DNA from: Octopus sinensis | Lineage: Eukaryota | Length of the DNA stretch: 64,000 nt | Direction of reading: 5' to 3' | Assembly: GCF_006345805.1 (NCBI RefSeq) | Contig: NW_021825821.1 | Location: forward strand, 248,001-312,000 | Shown: positions 11,264-22,567 of the stretch, piece after piece | Position numbering within the stretch: position 1 is the stretch's first letter | Layout of the letters: every line of letters starts with the position of its first letter | Notes under the pieces: model-generated | Told to the model about the DNA's origin: nothing | Databases searched by the model: none | Seen by the model: the letters and a program-made list of their open reading frames with translations, nothing else | Made by a program: the position numbers and the translations under genes

Positions 11264-12075
11264 ATGTCAGGTTGGTTTGTTTAACTTATAATAAATAGAC
11301 TCTATAAATCCAAAGTGGTTTGAAGTATTAAAATATTACTTTTACTTCTTATAGGAAGTTAAATTATTCAAAACAACCAAAGACCGTCAAATGTTTTTAT
11401 TTATTTATCATAGTTCAAGATATGACAACTTTTCAGAAGTCTATGCCTGCCTGAGTACACTCGAGGCTCTCGAAAACGCATATATCCGCGACCTCATCGA
11501 GCCTGAATTGTACTTTCCGTGAAGCTGTCACGTCCAGATATACTCAGACGTGCAGTAAACTACTTCAGCAGTGCAAGGCAGCATTCAGACAGGCTGGGAA
11601 ATTCTCTAATTTTGTGGAGTTTGCGAAAAAATATTCTGTTTTTATTATAATTTATTTTTTGATGAATGTTCCCGCCGCTCTTGAACGACTTAATTCTGGC
11701 GAACCTTTATTACCGACGTCTGAAGGCGGGAATAAATCGGCAAAAGAAATATTACAAATCACGTCGGTATTTGGTTTCCAGATTTTAGTTGTTTATAACT
11801 CTAATGGACAAATTAAATTTGGGAGACGTGGCAAAGGATCAGTTACACCACGATGTGACCGATCTGCTGCGTTTACTGCTTCCCTATTCGAATAAATATA
11901 CCACATTTAATGGCCGTTCTCAAATAGATAAATGGTCTTGCTGTTTTTATATTTTTGTAGGTATAGAGTTTTTAATGATATGGGAGCTGCTGATGTGCTA
12001 CAAGGGGATCAGATACGGCAGTTTCTATTTGATGTTGAGTCTGCTTTTGAGGATTTTAAAGGATTGTTTCACTAA
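11264..12075 (+). CDS. VPS28: ESCRT-I subunit VPS28, 7 micro-introns
   Basis: Spliced product MSDSINPKWFEEVKLF..YDNFSEVYA..LEALENAYIRD..PAALERL..FITLMDKL..IRQFLFDVESAFEDF. Confidence 0.9.
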
Positions 12076-12262
12076 CATTTATTCTTTTTGACCCTATATT
12101 TAGTCATTCTAACGCGACGTATTTTGATACCACTCTATAGGTATTTATTAGACGAAATCTATTTCAATAAAATTTGGAACTGCTTGCGGAATGTTGACGA
12201 AACAGGTACAACGCTATATTTAGTCTGCATTTCTTTAAAGAGTGAGTTGGGAACCTACTTCA

Positions 12263-13600
12263 CTTTTTTTTAGAAATATGACAGATATTGGCAATTGTGA
12301 AAGTAAGAAGATAGCTAAGCTAATTAATGGCCTCACGAGACACCCGGCCAGCCTCGCAATGGCGAAGCCGTTTCCTCGGATTACAGCAATCGACAGACGT
12401 TCCAGGAACCAAGAATACTCTCTTGGATCGTGGCTTGTCCTTGAAATCCGTCGACCGAGCGAAGGAAGCTGAGTGTCTTGGGGCCGCAGATCCCGGAGGA
12501 CTCCACGGCAATTGGAGTAAAGAACAGCATTAGTGCGTCTGGCAGATTTTCAGCCCGACACGGAGGGAGATTGCGATTCTTAGGCATTCCTTTCCACCAA
12601 GTTCCCGATGGAAGGGAGAGCCTTTAACCAGACACCGCCGCCTTCGCAGCGACCTGCACGGAGGCAAGCGACACGGTGTTGATTGGAGACAGGAAGGAGG
12701 CCTTCGAAAATTGTCTCGTAAGAGATTTCGTCCCATTGACGCTGTACAGATTGAGAATTGGGCAGCTTCGAACCAAACCGAGCCTCCCACCGACTACAGG
12801 CTGCAGAGTAATCTTCAGACAATTTCCGTTCGGGGAGGTTTCTAAGAACGATGTCTGAGAGAATACGAGAAGCGTAGTGGGCGGATAGGAATGCGGGGAG
12901 GGCAAGATCGAAATAGGATCTCAAGGCAAGGCCGCCCCAGCGCACAGGCAGGGATGCCTGAGTCCAGCCTGGATCGTCGAAAGCCAGATTGCAAAGAGAG
13001 CTCGTACCGAGCCTGAGGATATTGTCAAAATCGGAAAGAAGGTCACGTCTTTGAAAGCAGGGTGCACATCTTAAAATGTAAAGGATTTTAGGGACGGAAA
13101 AGTGGTTTCGGAGAAGGAAAAGAGCCACATGAGGCTCGGCGACTTTAAGCTTCTCGATCATTTTGGATAAGTGGGAAATTTTTCCAGCGAGTGAGCATTC
13201 GAGGGCAGAAGGCCCCATCATGAAGGCACCGAGGATCGTAAGATTTGATTTGTCCGTAATCCGGACGTCTGAAAAAATGCCTCGGCACGTGGAAATTGCA
13301 GCAGTGAAGTAACTCGAATTTAAGCCAATGTTCACAATTTCGGATTTATCGGCGTTTATAGATAGGCCGATGTCCGAGAGGGAAGGGAGGATAGAACGAA
13401 GGTCTCCAAAAACAGCATCGGGGAAACCAAAAATGGTTGCGTCATCCAGATACCACATGCTTTCAGTACGAGGTCTTCCGAGACCACGAAGGGATTGACA
13501 GCGAGAGTGGCAGGAGGCGGCTGAGGTCTGAAGTCGTGGGGCTGAGAGGAATGTTTTTCTCTGAGAGATTTCAGAACAGCGGGTGTCGATGACAAAAGGA
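12263..13600 (-). mobile_element. CRE-clade RLE retrotransposon, deleted 3' portion
   Basis: WYLDDAT, QASLPVRWGGL and AVESSGI.G..ERLSIAVIRGN motifs; T-run at 12263-12271. Confidence 0.85.
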
Positions 13601-13973
13601 CACTGATTGTTGAGAGTTCTTTTTTAACTGAGATCCAATTGTTTCTCTTTGTTCATCCTTAGTTTTCTCAGATAATGATTTGTGAAGAGTTTGAAACTGG
13701 CGTTTTATGAAAGATGTTCGACAAGCAATTTGGTCGGAGCACACTTTGTTTTCTAAAAATAAAATATTAACCTCTATTCAGCAATCCATATTCTTTAATC
13801 CATGAATATTGAAATGCTCATTTGAATAAAACAAAATGTTAAAACTATTAAAAAGAATTAATATCCTATCATATTTTAATAGTTTAAAAAAGAAATTCAA
13901 AATTTCAAAATGTTCCATCAAAAGTTTCAAAAGTGCCATCCATGACACGCGTACTAGTGTTTTGCCATCCCTG
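13600..13973 (-). mobile_element. hAT left-end fragment inserted in the CRE copy
   Basis: Minus-strand terminus CAGGGATGGCAAAAC next to the nnnTAnnn-type flank CATTAGAA. Confidence 0.45.
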
Positions 13974-14129
13974 CATTAGAATATAGTGTCTAGATTCTAG
14001 ACACTAGACTCTAGAACGTTCCATTTTACCATGGCACGGTATATCAACTCCGGGTATTTTGACAGAAGGGCAGCTTCTTTAAATTAGGCCACCACAACTC
14101 ATTTCTTTGGAACCAGGTGTCAGGTTCTT

Positions 14130-14590
14130 TAACTCGACGAGGCGACAAGCCTGACAGCACCGCGGACATCGCCGTCCATAAGTTTGCAATTAACTTTTCT
14201 GTAGAAGTAGTCGTCATCGTACGGAGGTGCAGTAAGATTTGAGGAGGTTGAGCTGAAAGAAGACTGAATTGGCGAGATAGACCTGGAGCCACCCAGGAGA
14301 AAAACAGTTCCCGTCGGACGAGGACAGTTCGTGTTTGACGGTCGTAGCAAGCGAGGGGGAGGTTTTGTTATTGGATGGGAGAAAGCCGAGGCCGAAAGAG
14401 GCAAAGCAGAACAACTTAAGCCAATAAGATTGCCCGTCGGAGGCCAAAGCGTCGTCATTTGCGGTGGACAAAGAGGAAGCAGCTAAGATACGAGCATCTT
14501 TTGGGATTCTGTGCAGGATTTGCCGGAGGCGGCGGAGGAGTTTGATGGATTTGAGGTCTATTGTTGATGCGGCTGCAATCAAGTCTGATG
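14130..14590 (-). mobile_element. N-terminal fragment of a CRE-clade element
   Basis: RIPKDARILAA and KLMDGDVRGAVRL match RIPKQARLTAA and KLLEGDVRAALRV in the 24141-25640 ORF. Confidence 0.75.
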
Positions 14591-14599
14591 AGCAAATAA

Positions 14600-15635
14600 T
14601 GCAGGAATATAACCGTTATTGTCTCTAAACAGGCTCTTCGGCGATAATATAGAAGAGTGTGTAATTTGGTGCGCAGAGAGGTGGTTGATCTCTAACACAA
14701 TGAAATGCGTTCGCTGTAAAGTAAGACCTATATTCTCACAAATAGAGACGCTGTCGTTTATCTAAGTCAAGAAGAAACGTGGACAACGCAATTTGGTTAT
14801 TTATTCCATGCAATGCTTCTCGAAGTATAAGAACGAACAGCTGGTTTTGCAGTAAGTGATTCTTAAACTAATTTTAGGAAGTCATTTACCGTTAGCGAAA
14901 ATTTTGATGCTTACATATATGTGGGCATTAAATTACCAGGGAAATCTCATCTCATACGAACTAGAAATTTCGCAAAATACGATTACAGATTGGAAGAACT
15001 TTTGCAGAGAACTTATTACAGTGTCTCTTGCAAATGCTCCTATTAAACTTGGGGGACTTGTGGTTAATGAAGATACATTAGGTAATTCATTTAATTTTAA
15101 TTTCTAGAAGAGTCGATAGTGGAAATCGACGAGTTCCATCGAGGTCATTGGCGACCAGGCCATTGGGTATTGGGTGGAATAGACAGGGAAACTAGAAAGT
15201 GCTTTTTTGAAGAAGTTGCAGGTTCTTTTTTCCATTTATCCTTTAGACAGAACAGCGGAAACACTTAATGAAGTTATTGTTTGACGCGTACTTCCCGGCA
15301 CCCATATCATTACTGATGGTTGGGCAGCCTATAATGGGATTGCGCAGATTGGAGGAGGGATTTATTCACATTCTGTGATAAATCACTCCGAGCATTTTGT
15401 TGACCCTTTGGACCGCTCCATCTATACTCAAAATATTAAGAACACATGGATGCGAGTGAAGAGAAGACTAAAAAGGCAATTTGGTAAAACTCGTAAATTT
15501 ATTTTAGGAACATCGCGATCGTTATTTGAGTCTTATTTGGACGAATTCACGTGGCGGACTTCGTTAGTTGATAAAGAGAAGATATTCCAAGAATTTCAGC
15601 TCCTAATAGTTAACAAATACGATTTTTCGGCTTAA
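14600..15635 (+). pseudogene. Merlin (IS1595/ISXO2-like) transposase with five micro-introns and a premature stop
   Basis: Zinc ribbon, VEIDE, WVLGGIDR, IITDGWAAY, VINHSEHFVDP, TQNIKNTW and YLDEF motifs; introns 14721-14745, 14852-14877, 15082-15107, 15222-15246, 15484-15507. Confidence 0.85.
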
Positions 15636-16185
15636 TTTTTATTCTTAAAAAAATATATGAATATCCAATAGACAATCCCATTAAAATTAAATTAAAAAAT
15701 AATGAAAAAATAATTTAAGTATATTCTTTATACGTCGAGATTTATACATTGACTAAAATTGTAGATTACCCAAAAGGGATAGAATGGGTCCCGAATACAG
15801 GGTCAGAGAAAGGGAAGGAATCTGCGGAGCAGCGAGTGCCGAGAGTCGGAGTGGCGGATGGGGAATGAAAATGATGGGGTGCCGGAAAGACAAGCGGGAC
15901 AGACCCAAGATGGAATACGTTCCGAAGTGCGGCGGGAAAGGGAGACACAAGAAAGATGAAAGAACAGAGAACACGATGAGCATGGACGGCCTCTTTCTTT
16001 TGTTAACCATGTTGCAGATTGAGCAGGGGGAAACGGGATTAAGAGTGGGATGAGAGACCACTATATGAAGGAATGAGAACAGAACGAATAATGGATAGAA
16101 AAGGATTGTTAAAAAGAAATAGAAATAGACAGAGAAAGATTAGATGGATAGGAAAGGATTAGATAGATCAGAAATATTTGATAGA

Positions 16186-17800
16186 AACATGGCCCTGGCC
16201 CTTACCATATTTCCTCGTCCTCGGGGGTTCAACAAGGAGATCCATTGGGTCCTGTTCTCTTTTTCCTTGGTATTGATCACATTGTTAAGAGCTGCTCAAC
16301 CCCGCTGACCCTCGCACCCTCGGAGGTCATCCCGAAACTGTCTTCAAGACCCTCGTTGACCTAACTTGAATGCGTTGGTCTTATACTGAACACTTCAAAA
16401 AGTGAAATCATTAATTTTGGGTTCCGTCGTGATGAATTCGAGGTTATTGTTTCCTCTTTCAGTGAGATAATTCCCGGAGCGTCCATCACGCCTAGTATCA
16501 GTGTGGAGATATTAGGCTGCCCATTGACAGATGGTGGAATCAAGGACGCTCTTGAAACTAAGGAAATGCTACTGGAAAAGACTTTTGTTCGTCTTAATTT
16601 GTTGGACCCACATACAGCCTTCTTCCTGCTCGAAAATGCCCTTGGCATCCAAAAATTAAATCATGTGCTACGAGGGTCACCCTGCTTCTTAGAAAATGAT
16701 CAACTTTATTCTATTAATGTCCTTTTCCGGAAAACAAGCGAACGCATAATAAACATCAAATTCGACGATCAAGGCTGGAAACAAGCTTCCCATCCTGTCT
16801 CCTTTGGAGGTCTTGGCATCCGAAATCCTATCGATGTGTCCCGCCCCGCATTCCTGTCTTCACTGTACAGCAGTCAAACTCTGGTTCGGAAGATTCTCCA
16901 TCTCCTCCCCGAATCTTCATTACCTAAGATGACTGCCTACTTTGACAGTTGGAGCGAAAACGAATCGAAGCTGCCGTCGGACTTCTCCTTGCAGAAGAGT
17001 TATGACAAGATTGTGTGCGAAGGTCGGTTCGAGAGTCTCCTAAAGACATCGAATCAACACCGTAGAGCATGCTTGCTTGCCGGGAGGTCCGCGGGGAGTG
17101 AAGAATGGTTGGAAGCCTTCCCGATCAGAAGCTTGGGGACTCTCTTGGATTCTGACACACTGCGAGTTGGTATCTGTCTACGTATCGGTCTCAAAGTTTG
17201 TGAACCACACAAATGCCGCTGTGGTGCATCGATTGATCAATTTGGACTCCACCCTCTTTTCTGTCGAAAAAGTGCTGGTAGATTCCCGAGGCATTCAGCT
17301 CTCAACGACGTTATAAGAAGAGCTCTCGATTCAATCGGATTCCCATCAGTGCTGGAACTACCTGGATTGGACCGAGAAGATGGAAAACGCCCAGACGAGA
17401 TGACTATCTTTCCGTTTTTGGAAGGAAAGCCTCTCGTATGGGATTCAACATGTTCCGACTCCTTGTCCAAGACAAACATGTTGAAAAGTGCCTGTAATGC
17501 CGGCACAGCTGCGGATAAAGCAGAGGACATCAAGAAGAAGAAATATGATGGGCTCACCGATCGTTAGGTTTTCCGGCCGGTTGCTGTCGAAACCCTGGGA
17601 TCGATTGGGAAGGAGTCGTTGTGTTTCCTCAAATGTATTGGACGTCTCAAGACCTTGAGAACACACAATCCTCTGGAGACGAGATGGCTCCTCCAGAACG
17701 CGTCCCAAGCAATAGTGAGGGGAAACAGGATCACTATCAGTTCTTCTTATTTATAATTACTTAAAAGATTTGTATTCTTTAAAACTATTCAATTTTTGAT
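16186..17800 (+). mobile_element. 5'-truncated CRE-clade retrotransposon
   Basis: GVQQGDPLGP, CRCG..HPL, RHSALN and KRPD..WDST motifs; imperfect TSD AGAAATATT(T/G)GATAGA at 16170-16185 and 17801-17816. Confidence 0.85.
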
Positions 17801-18779
17801 AGAAATATTGGATAGATGAGAACCAAAACAACAACAAACCTACTTAACTATAAACTGATAATTAGTGAACATTACTTAATCGGGTTTAAATTACAAATTG
17901 AATTAATAACCAACTGTGCATGTTAATTTGTTGATTTAAAATTTTTTGCTCAGCGAGATAAAGACTGATTTTTTGACACAAAGTCCTGAAAATAATTTTT
18001 TATAAATGTTGCCTCCACTATTTTCAACCTTTTCTCAAATCATATTATTGGAATACTAATTACGAACACTTTTCCATGCGATAATTTCAAAAATTAATTT
18101 GAACAACAAAATTGAATTTGTTCATTGAATAATAATTTCAATTATTTAACGTCTATATAAAAGTATTATGACAAAGGAAGCATCATATTACAATGAAATT
18201 AAAATCAGAGGTGCTAATCAAAATAGATTTAAAATCGAACATATTAATAAAGTGATTGTTTTCCAAGTTGTAGTTTACTTCCGCATTTTGCAAAATAGGG
18301 AACCAATTATCACCAAATTAATAATTATCTAACAAAGTCGTTAAATAAGTACAAATATTGAAAGGAAACTAAAAAATCAATCGTAAATTCAAATATAAAT
18401 ACCAGTATCGGTAAAAAATCCACATTTTATTATCATGGAATTTGATACATATAACAAGGAAAACTCAGCAGTTGATAAAGTTTTAACATTTCAAAACTAA
18501 TTTTGAGTGGTCATGTATTGTCTGGGACTTGAAGCAAAACGTTTGTGTGAGAAACTTGCGATATAGACTGATAAAGTATAAGGAATGTTTCCGAGGCGAA
18601 GATGCAGTAAATTGTGTTCAAGCATACTTGTATAAATACCCTGATAAGTATCGCAATGTGACAAAGTATTTTTCCTTGAAATTTAAACTTTAGAGAAAAT
18701 GTTATTAAATTGCTCAATTCGTTTGTTCGGGCGGGAATAATCAAAAAAATGTCATCGTCTAAAAATCCATTTTTTAAGC

Positions 18780-19895
18780 GAGATAATGAACTTTATAGGC
18801 CTGATTTATTTGGAATTATTTAGCAGATTCGGGAATGATTCTCAATTTCCGAGTCAACGGTTTTTAGATAAACGATTTCCTGTAGATCACAATAACACAA
18901 ATCAAGTGCGACATAAAACTTTGAACGACGATGCTTCAGGGAGTATTTCCGAAATTGCAAGTATATTTGGGGATATTCTGCACAGCGAGTAAAACTTGAT
19001 TCATTAAATTGCAGATTGACTACACTGCTCAATTTATATAGAATAAAAATTACTTTTGGAAATGAAGACGATTTTGATATTTACAATAATATTTTCATTA
19101 ACATTTGTGATAATCCTGATGCATATTTCAGTTGAAAAATGTTGTAATAATTTTAGAACAAATCCCAAAAATTGTTTTCCACGGAATGAACTTTGTACAA
19201 GAATTTCAAAGTGAAAAAGTATAAATTTTATTATAGACGAACATCAAATATTGCAAAAATACAGAAAACTTTACTTCAACACGTTGAAATACATTAAAAG
19301 TAATTTGCGAACAAAAATTCCACCATTTCCGTCACAAATAAACGAGATGTTTTGGCTGTATTTCGGTTTAATTTGAAAAAAATATGTTTTTAGAAAAATT
19401 TGTGGGAAAAGAAGAATTGGAAGAATGTTTTGAAGTTGTTTTTAAATTCGGCTGGGAGAGTTACTTTAGTCATAATGGTACTAAAATACATCAAACTTAG
19501 ATTTTCGCCGAGTTTGTAATGCTCGAAGATTTCTTCAACTGAGCTTTATCAAGTTCAACACCGCCCACAGATGCTACATGATGAGTCTACTTTTGTTTCT
19601 CAATAATTTAACTCGCCAAAAACTGGAATATAGTCCTAAAATGGCTCGGAAGGTTTTATTTGGTATTTTTTAATTTATTTAGCATATCCAATTTTTCTTG
19701 CCGTTGTTTTTTGACAGGAAATTAAAATTTGGAAACCATAAATGGAAGCTTTTATTTTTGTCATTTTTGGTCAGCAACGCCCATACATTGTGTCTCCCCG
19801 CACATGATATTAAATATCAAGGAATCAACCAAATCAATTTCGTTTATTTAAAATATATAATTTATTCCTAGGAAAAATTCAATATGGAATGTTGA
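18780..19895 (+). CDS. Unidentified multi-exon gene (3' exons readable, 5' end not resolved)
   Basis: Removing 23-30 nt GT-AG introns gives about 190 continuous codons, e.g. QINEMFWLYFEKFVGKEELEECFEVVFKFGWESY..KMARKHIQFFLPLFFDRK; family not recognised. Confidence 0.4.
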
Positions 19896-19975
19896 AACAC
19901 AAAATGGACTAAAAACAACACTCATGATTAAATTTTAATAAAATTTGAATACTTTTACTAATAAAAATAGTCAAA

Positions 19976-20429
19976 TCAACAAGTAAATAATTGTTCGGCA
20001 ATTTGAACGAATAGTCTAAAATAAGCACAACTCATACTCAGAATGTTCTAAAGCAGAAAAAAAAGGATCTTGCACTGCATCAACGTAGGCTCTATGCAGA
20101 TCCTTAAACTAAGAATTATAAAATAGATGAAAACAATATTAATAAGTCTTTGGTCAGAAATGATATAATCCTCGGGAAGTGCCAAAATGAACTTTACACG
20201 AGTGGAGGTCACATATGCGTACATTTTATAGTCGTCGAGGGAGAGGACATAACCAATGTAATTATTATTTTGTTGTAGTAGCTGTTCATCTATCATATCT
20301 AGACTGGCATGAATCAGTCCGTCTATTTTTATGTCTTGAGATAAAGACTTGTAAATGTAAAGTAGGCAATTCTAATCAAATAATAAATTAGATTACATCA
20401 TTCGAAACAACACCCACACCAAAATCCAT
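19976..20429 (-). CDS. TRAPPC2L: Trafficking protein particle complex subunit 2-like (sedlin family)
   Basis: IHASLDMIDE, YIG..DYKMYAYVTSTRVKFIL and FKDLHRAYVDAVQDPF motifs; 3 micro-introns. Confidence 0.85.
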
Positions 20430-21317
20430 TAAATTTAAATTTTAAATAATAATTTAAATAAAATGTTATCTACATATTTAGTGGAGTCATATATCAATTT
20501 GTTCTACGAAGTAAATAAATGTATTCTCAAGTGTATTCACCTATCATCAATAATACCGAGTTAACTCCATTTCTTATGCCACTTTCAGATTTCGACTCAT
20601 ATAAATACACAAACACGGGCATTCTCTTTATAATCACAATAATTGCCTGTTGTGGAGGTTCCATCATGCACTGTCTCCTCATTTCAGAACCAATCCTCAA
20701 CGCCATTCCAAAAAATTCAAGTCTTTTACAAATCATTTTAATTTTGTATTTCTCCATTTTTGTTTAAATTAGTCTGATTATTTATTTCACGCCTGTGCGG
20801 AAATTCATTTTGAAAAATCATATTTTTTACTGCTTTCTGCAAATTGTTGACAACTTCAGGAAAGTTTTGCGAATAAATTATTCCGCGATTTATATATCCA
20901 CAAAATACGTTGATCTTCCAACCTTATTTATTTATACTTTTTTAACAAGTATTTTCATTTTTGATATATAGACTGTCCATATGTTTTCTTCATTGAATTT
21001 TTGGCATCTTTTTTGGGCTTTCCTTTGATGGTTTCAAATCCGTTTAAAAACCCGAATTTGTTAATTTTTGGTTAATTTTTGTTAGAGGGCTTGGGTGTAC
21101 TGCATTAGTGTGTATTCTATTTAATATTGGATATGCTTTGCAGATTACTAAAATCATGATTGACTTTTTGTATTTTTTTTCGTTTGCTCTTTTTACTTTG
21201 GTAACTTTATTTAAATAAATTATTTGTTTGTTTATTAAAATTAATTTTATATATTAAATAATAAATTAATAAAGACAAGTGATCTGGTGGACGTTATTCC
21301 AGAAATAAAAAGTTAAA

Positions 21318-21751
21318 TCAAATTATGGACATTCCTTCTACTTTTCCTGTCTGAATGTGAAAGGAAGGAGCAATCCACTGTCCGCAGGGGCATTGAGAGC
21401 CTGAGAAGTGTAAAAGTAGGGACATGCCTGATAGTTTATATCTCCCAAGTTTAGCCGAACATTTGGGACAGTAAATCTTTCCCTGGTTGCCTGAAATGGT
21501 CTCACTTATCCAGTCCTGACAGTCAATAAATATGGAGGCGTTGCAGGGAGTGGACATTGCTTTTAATTGGGTTGATAATTCTTGTGATTCCTTCACTTTC
21601 TTTACTCTCCAGTCAAATGCGATCTCCCCATATCCTGTGGTATGTGTTACCAGTGCATCATAGTCGAAGAGGTACATTCTGGCGATAATTGTTACAGATA
21701 TTCTCACCTACATTGACGACATCTAAAACGAGAGTCTGCACCACACAGCAT
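21318..21751 (-). CDS. Stand-alone DUSP12/YVH1-type zinc-binding domain protein
   Basis: FRCRQCRMYLF..H..GKIYCPKCSAKLG..GSQCPCGQWIAPSFHI; 2 introns, one GC-AG; no phosphatase domain seen upstream. Confidence 0.8.
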
Positions 21752-22567
21752 TGCTTTATTTAATAATATATTTTTAAAATTTATTTTTATCATCGTGATA
21801 TTATTTATTAGATTTATAATTTTCTATTCGTGGATGGCCAGGGTAATTATCCATATTAAGAAATATTTTCTCTCTAAAAGAGAAACAAGAAGAAATATGA
21901 CTTGTCCTTTGAGTCGTTTGGAATTTTGTCTTTATCCTTGCGTGTCAAAGCAACTGTTCGGAATATTTTTGGGCTGGTTTTTGTCCATTCGGCGTAATAT
22001 TCTAATAAATGGTTGCTTTATAATCCTGGACTAGGATTGATAAACAGTTCTTTAGTAGGAAGAGTGCAGTGTGACTATAGGCACAGGATAAGTTTCCCGA
22101 AAAGAGAAATTCGAAAAATTTTAGCTTTATGACAGAGGGTCGGTTTTCACTCAAATATAGAACATTTAAGGAAAAGCAAGTATTCATTCGAAGGAAGTGC
22201 ATTTAGGCAGCAGTTTGTCGAATTCTGTACATTCTAATGCAAGCAAAAGATTAAAAATTCAACACGAGTGATTCGAGTGTCTTCAAGATGGTTTCATTAT
22301 ACCGTCGTTCATAAATCAAGATGCGTTTTACAGGAAAAAATAAGAGTGGGCATCAATGATAATCTTGTAGAACTCCACTTGCAACGTCAGTTATGGAAAT
22401 TTCAAATATTAGCGCAGAAGGTTTAGAGCTGAGGTCGGCAGATAGTGGGCCATTAACAACAATTTGTCCACCGCAAAACCAAAAGCGTGTAGTTGACTAA
22501 GGTTTCGTTTGCCCCAGCCACACAAAGAGAACTTTTAAGAAAAAACAAGGAAGTTAATTATTCTAAT

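Noticed and set aside
13984-14006. Perfect inverted repeat TAGTGTCTAGA-T-TCTAGACACTA
   Set aside because: Short and at a TE junction; probably a repair scar or element end with no further support.
15770-16170. Purine-rich stretch with short ORFs on both strands
   Set aside because: Low complexity with no recognisable domain; likely retroelement UTR debris.
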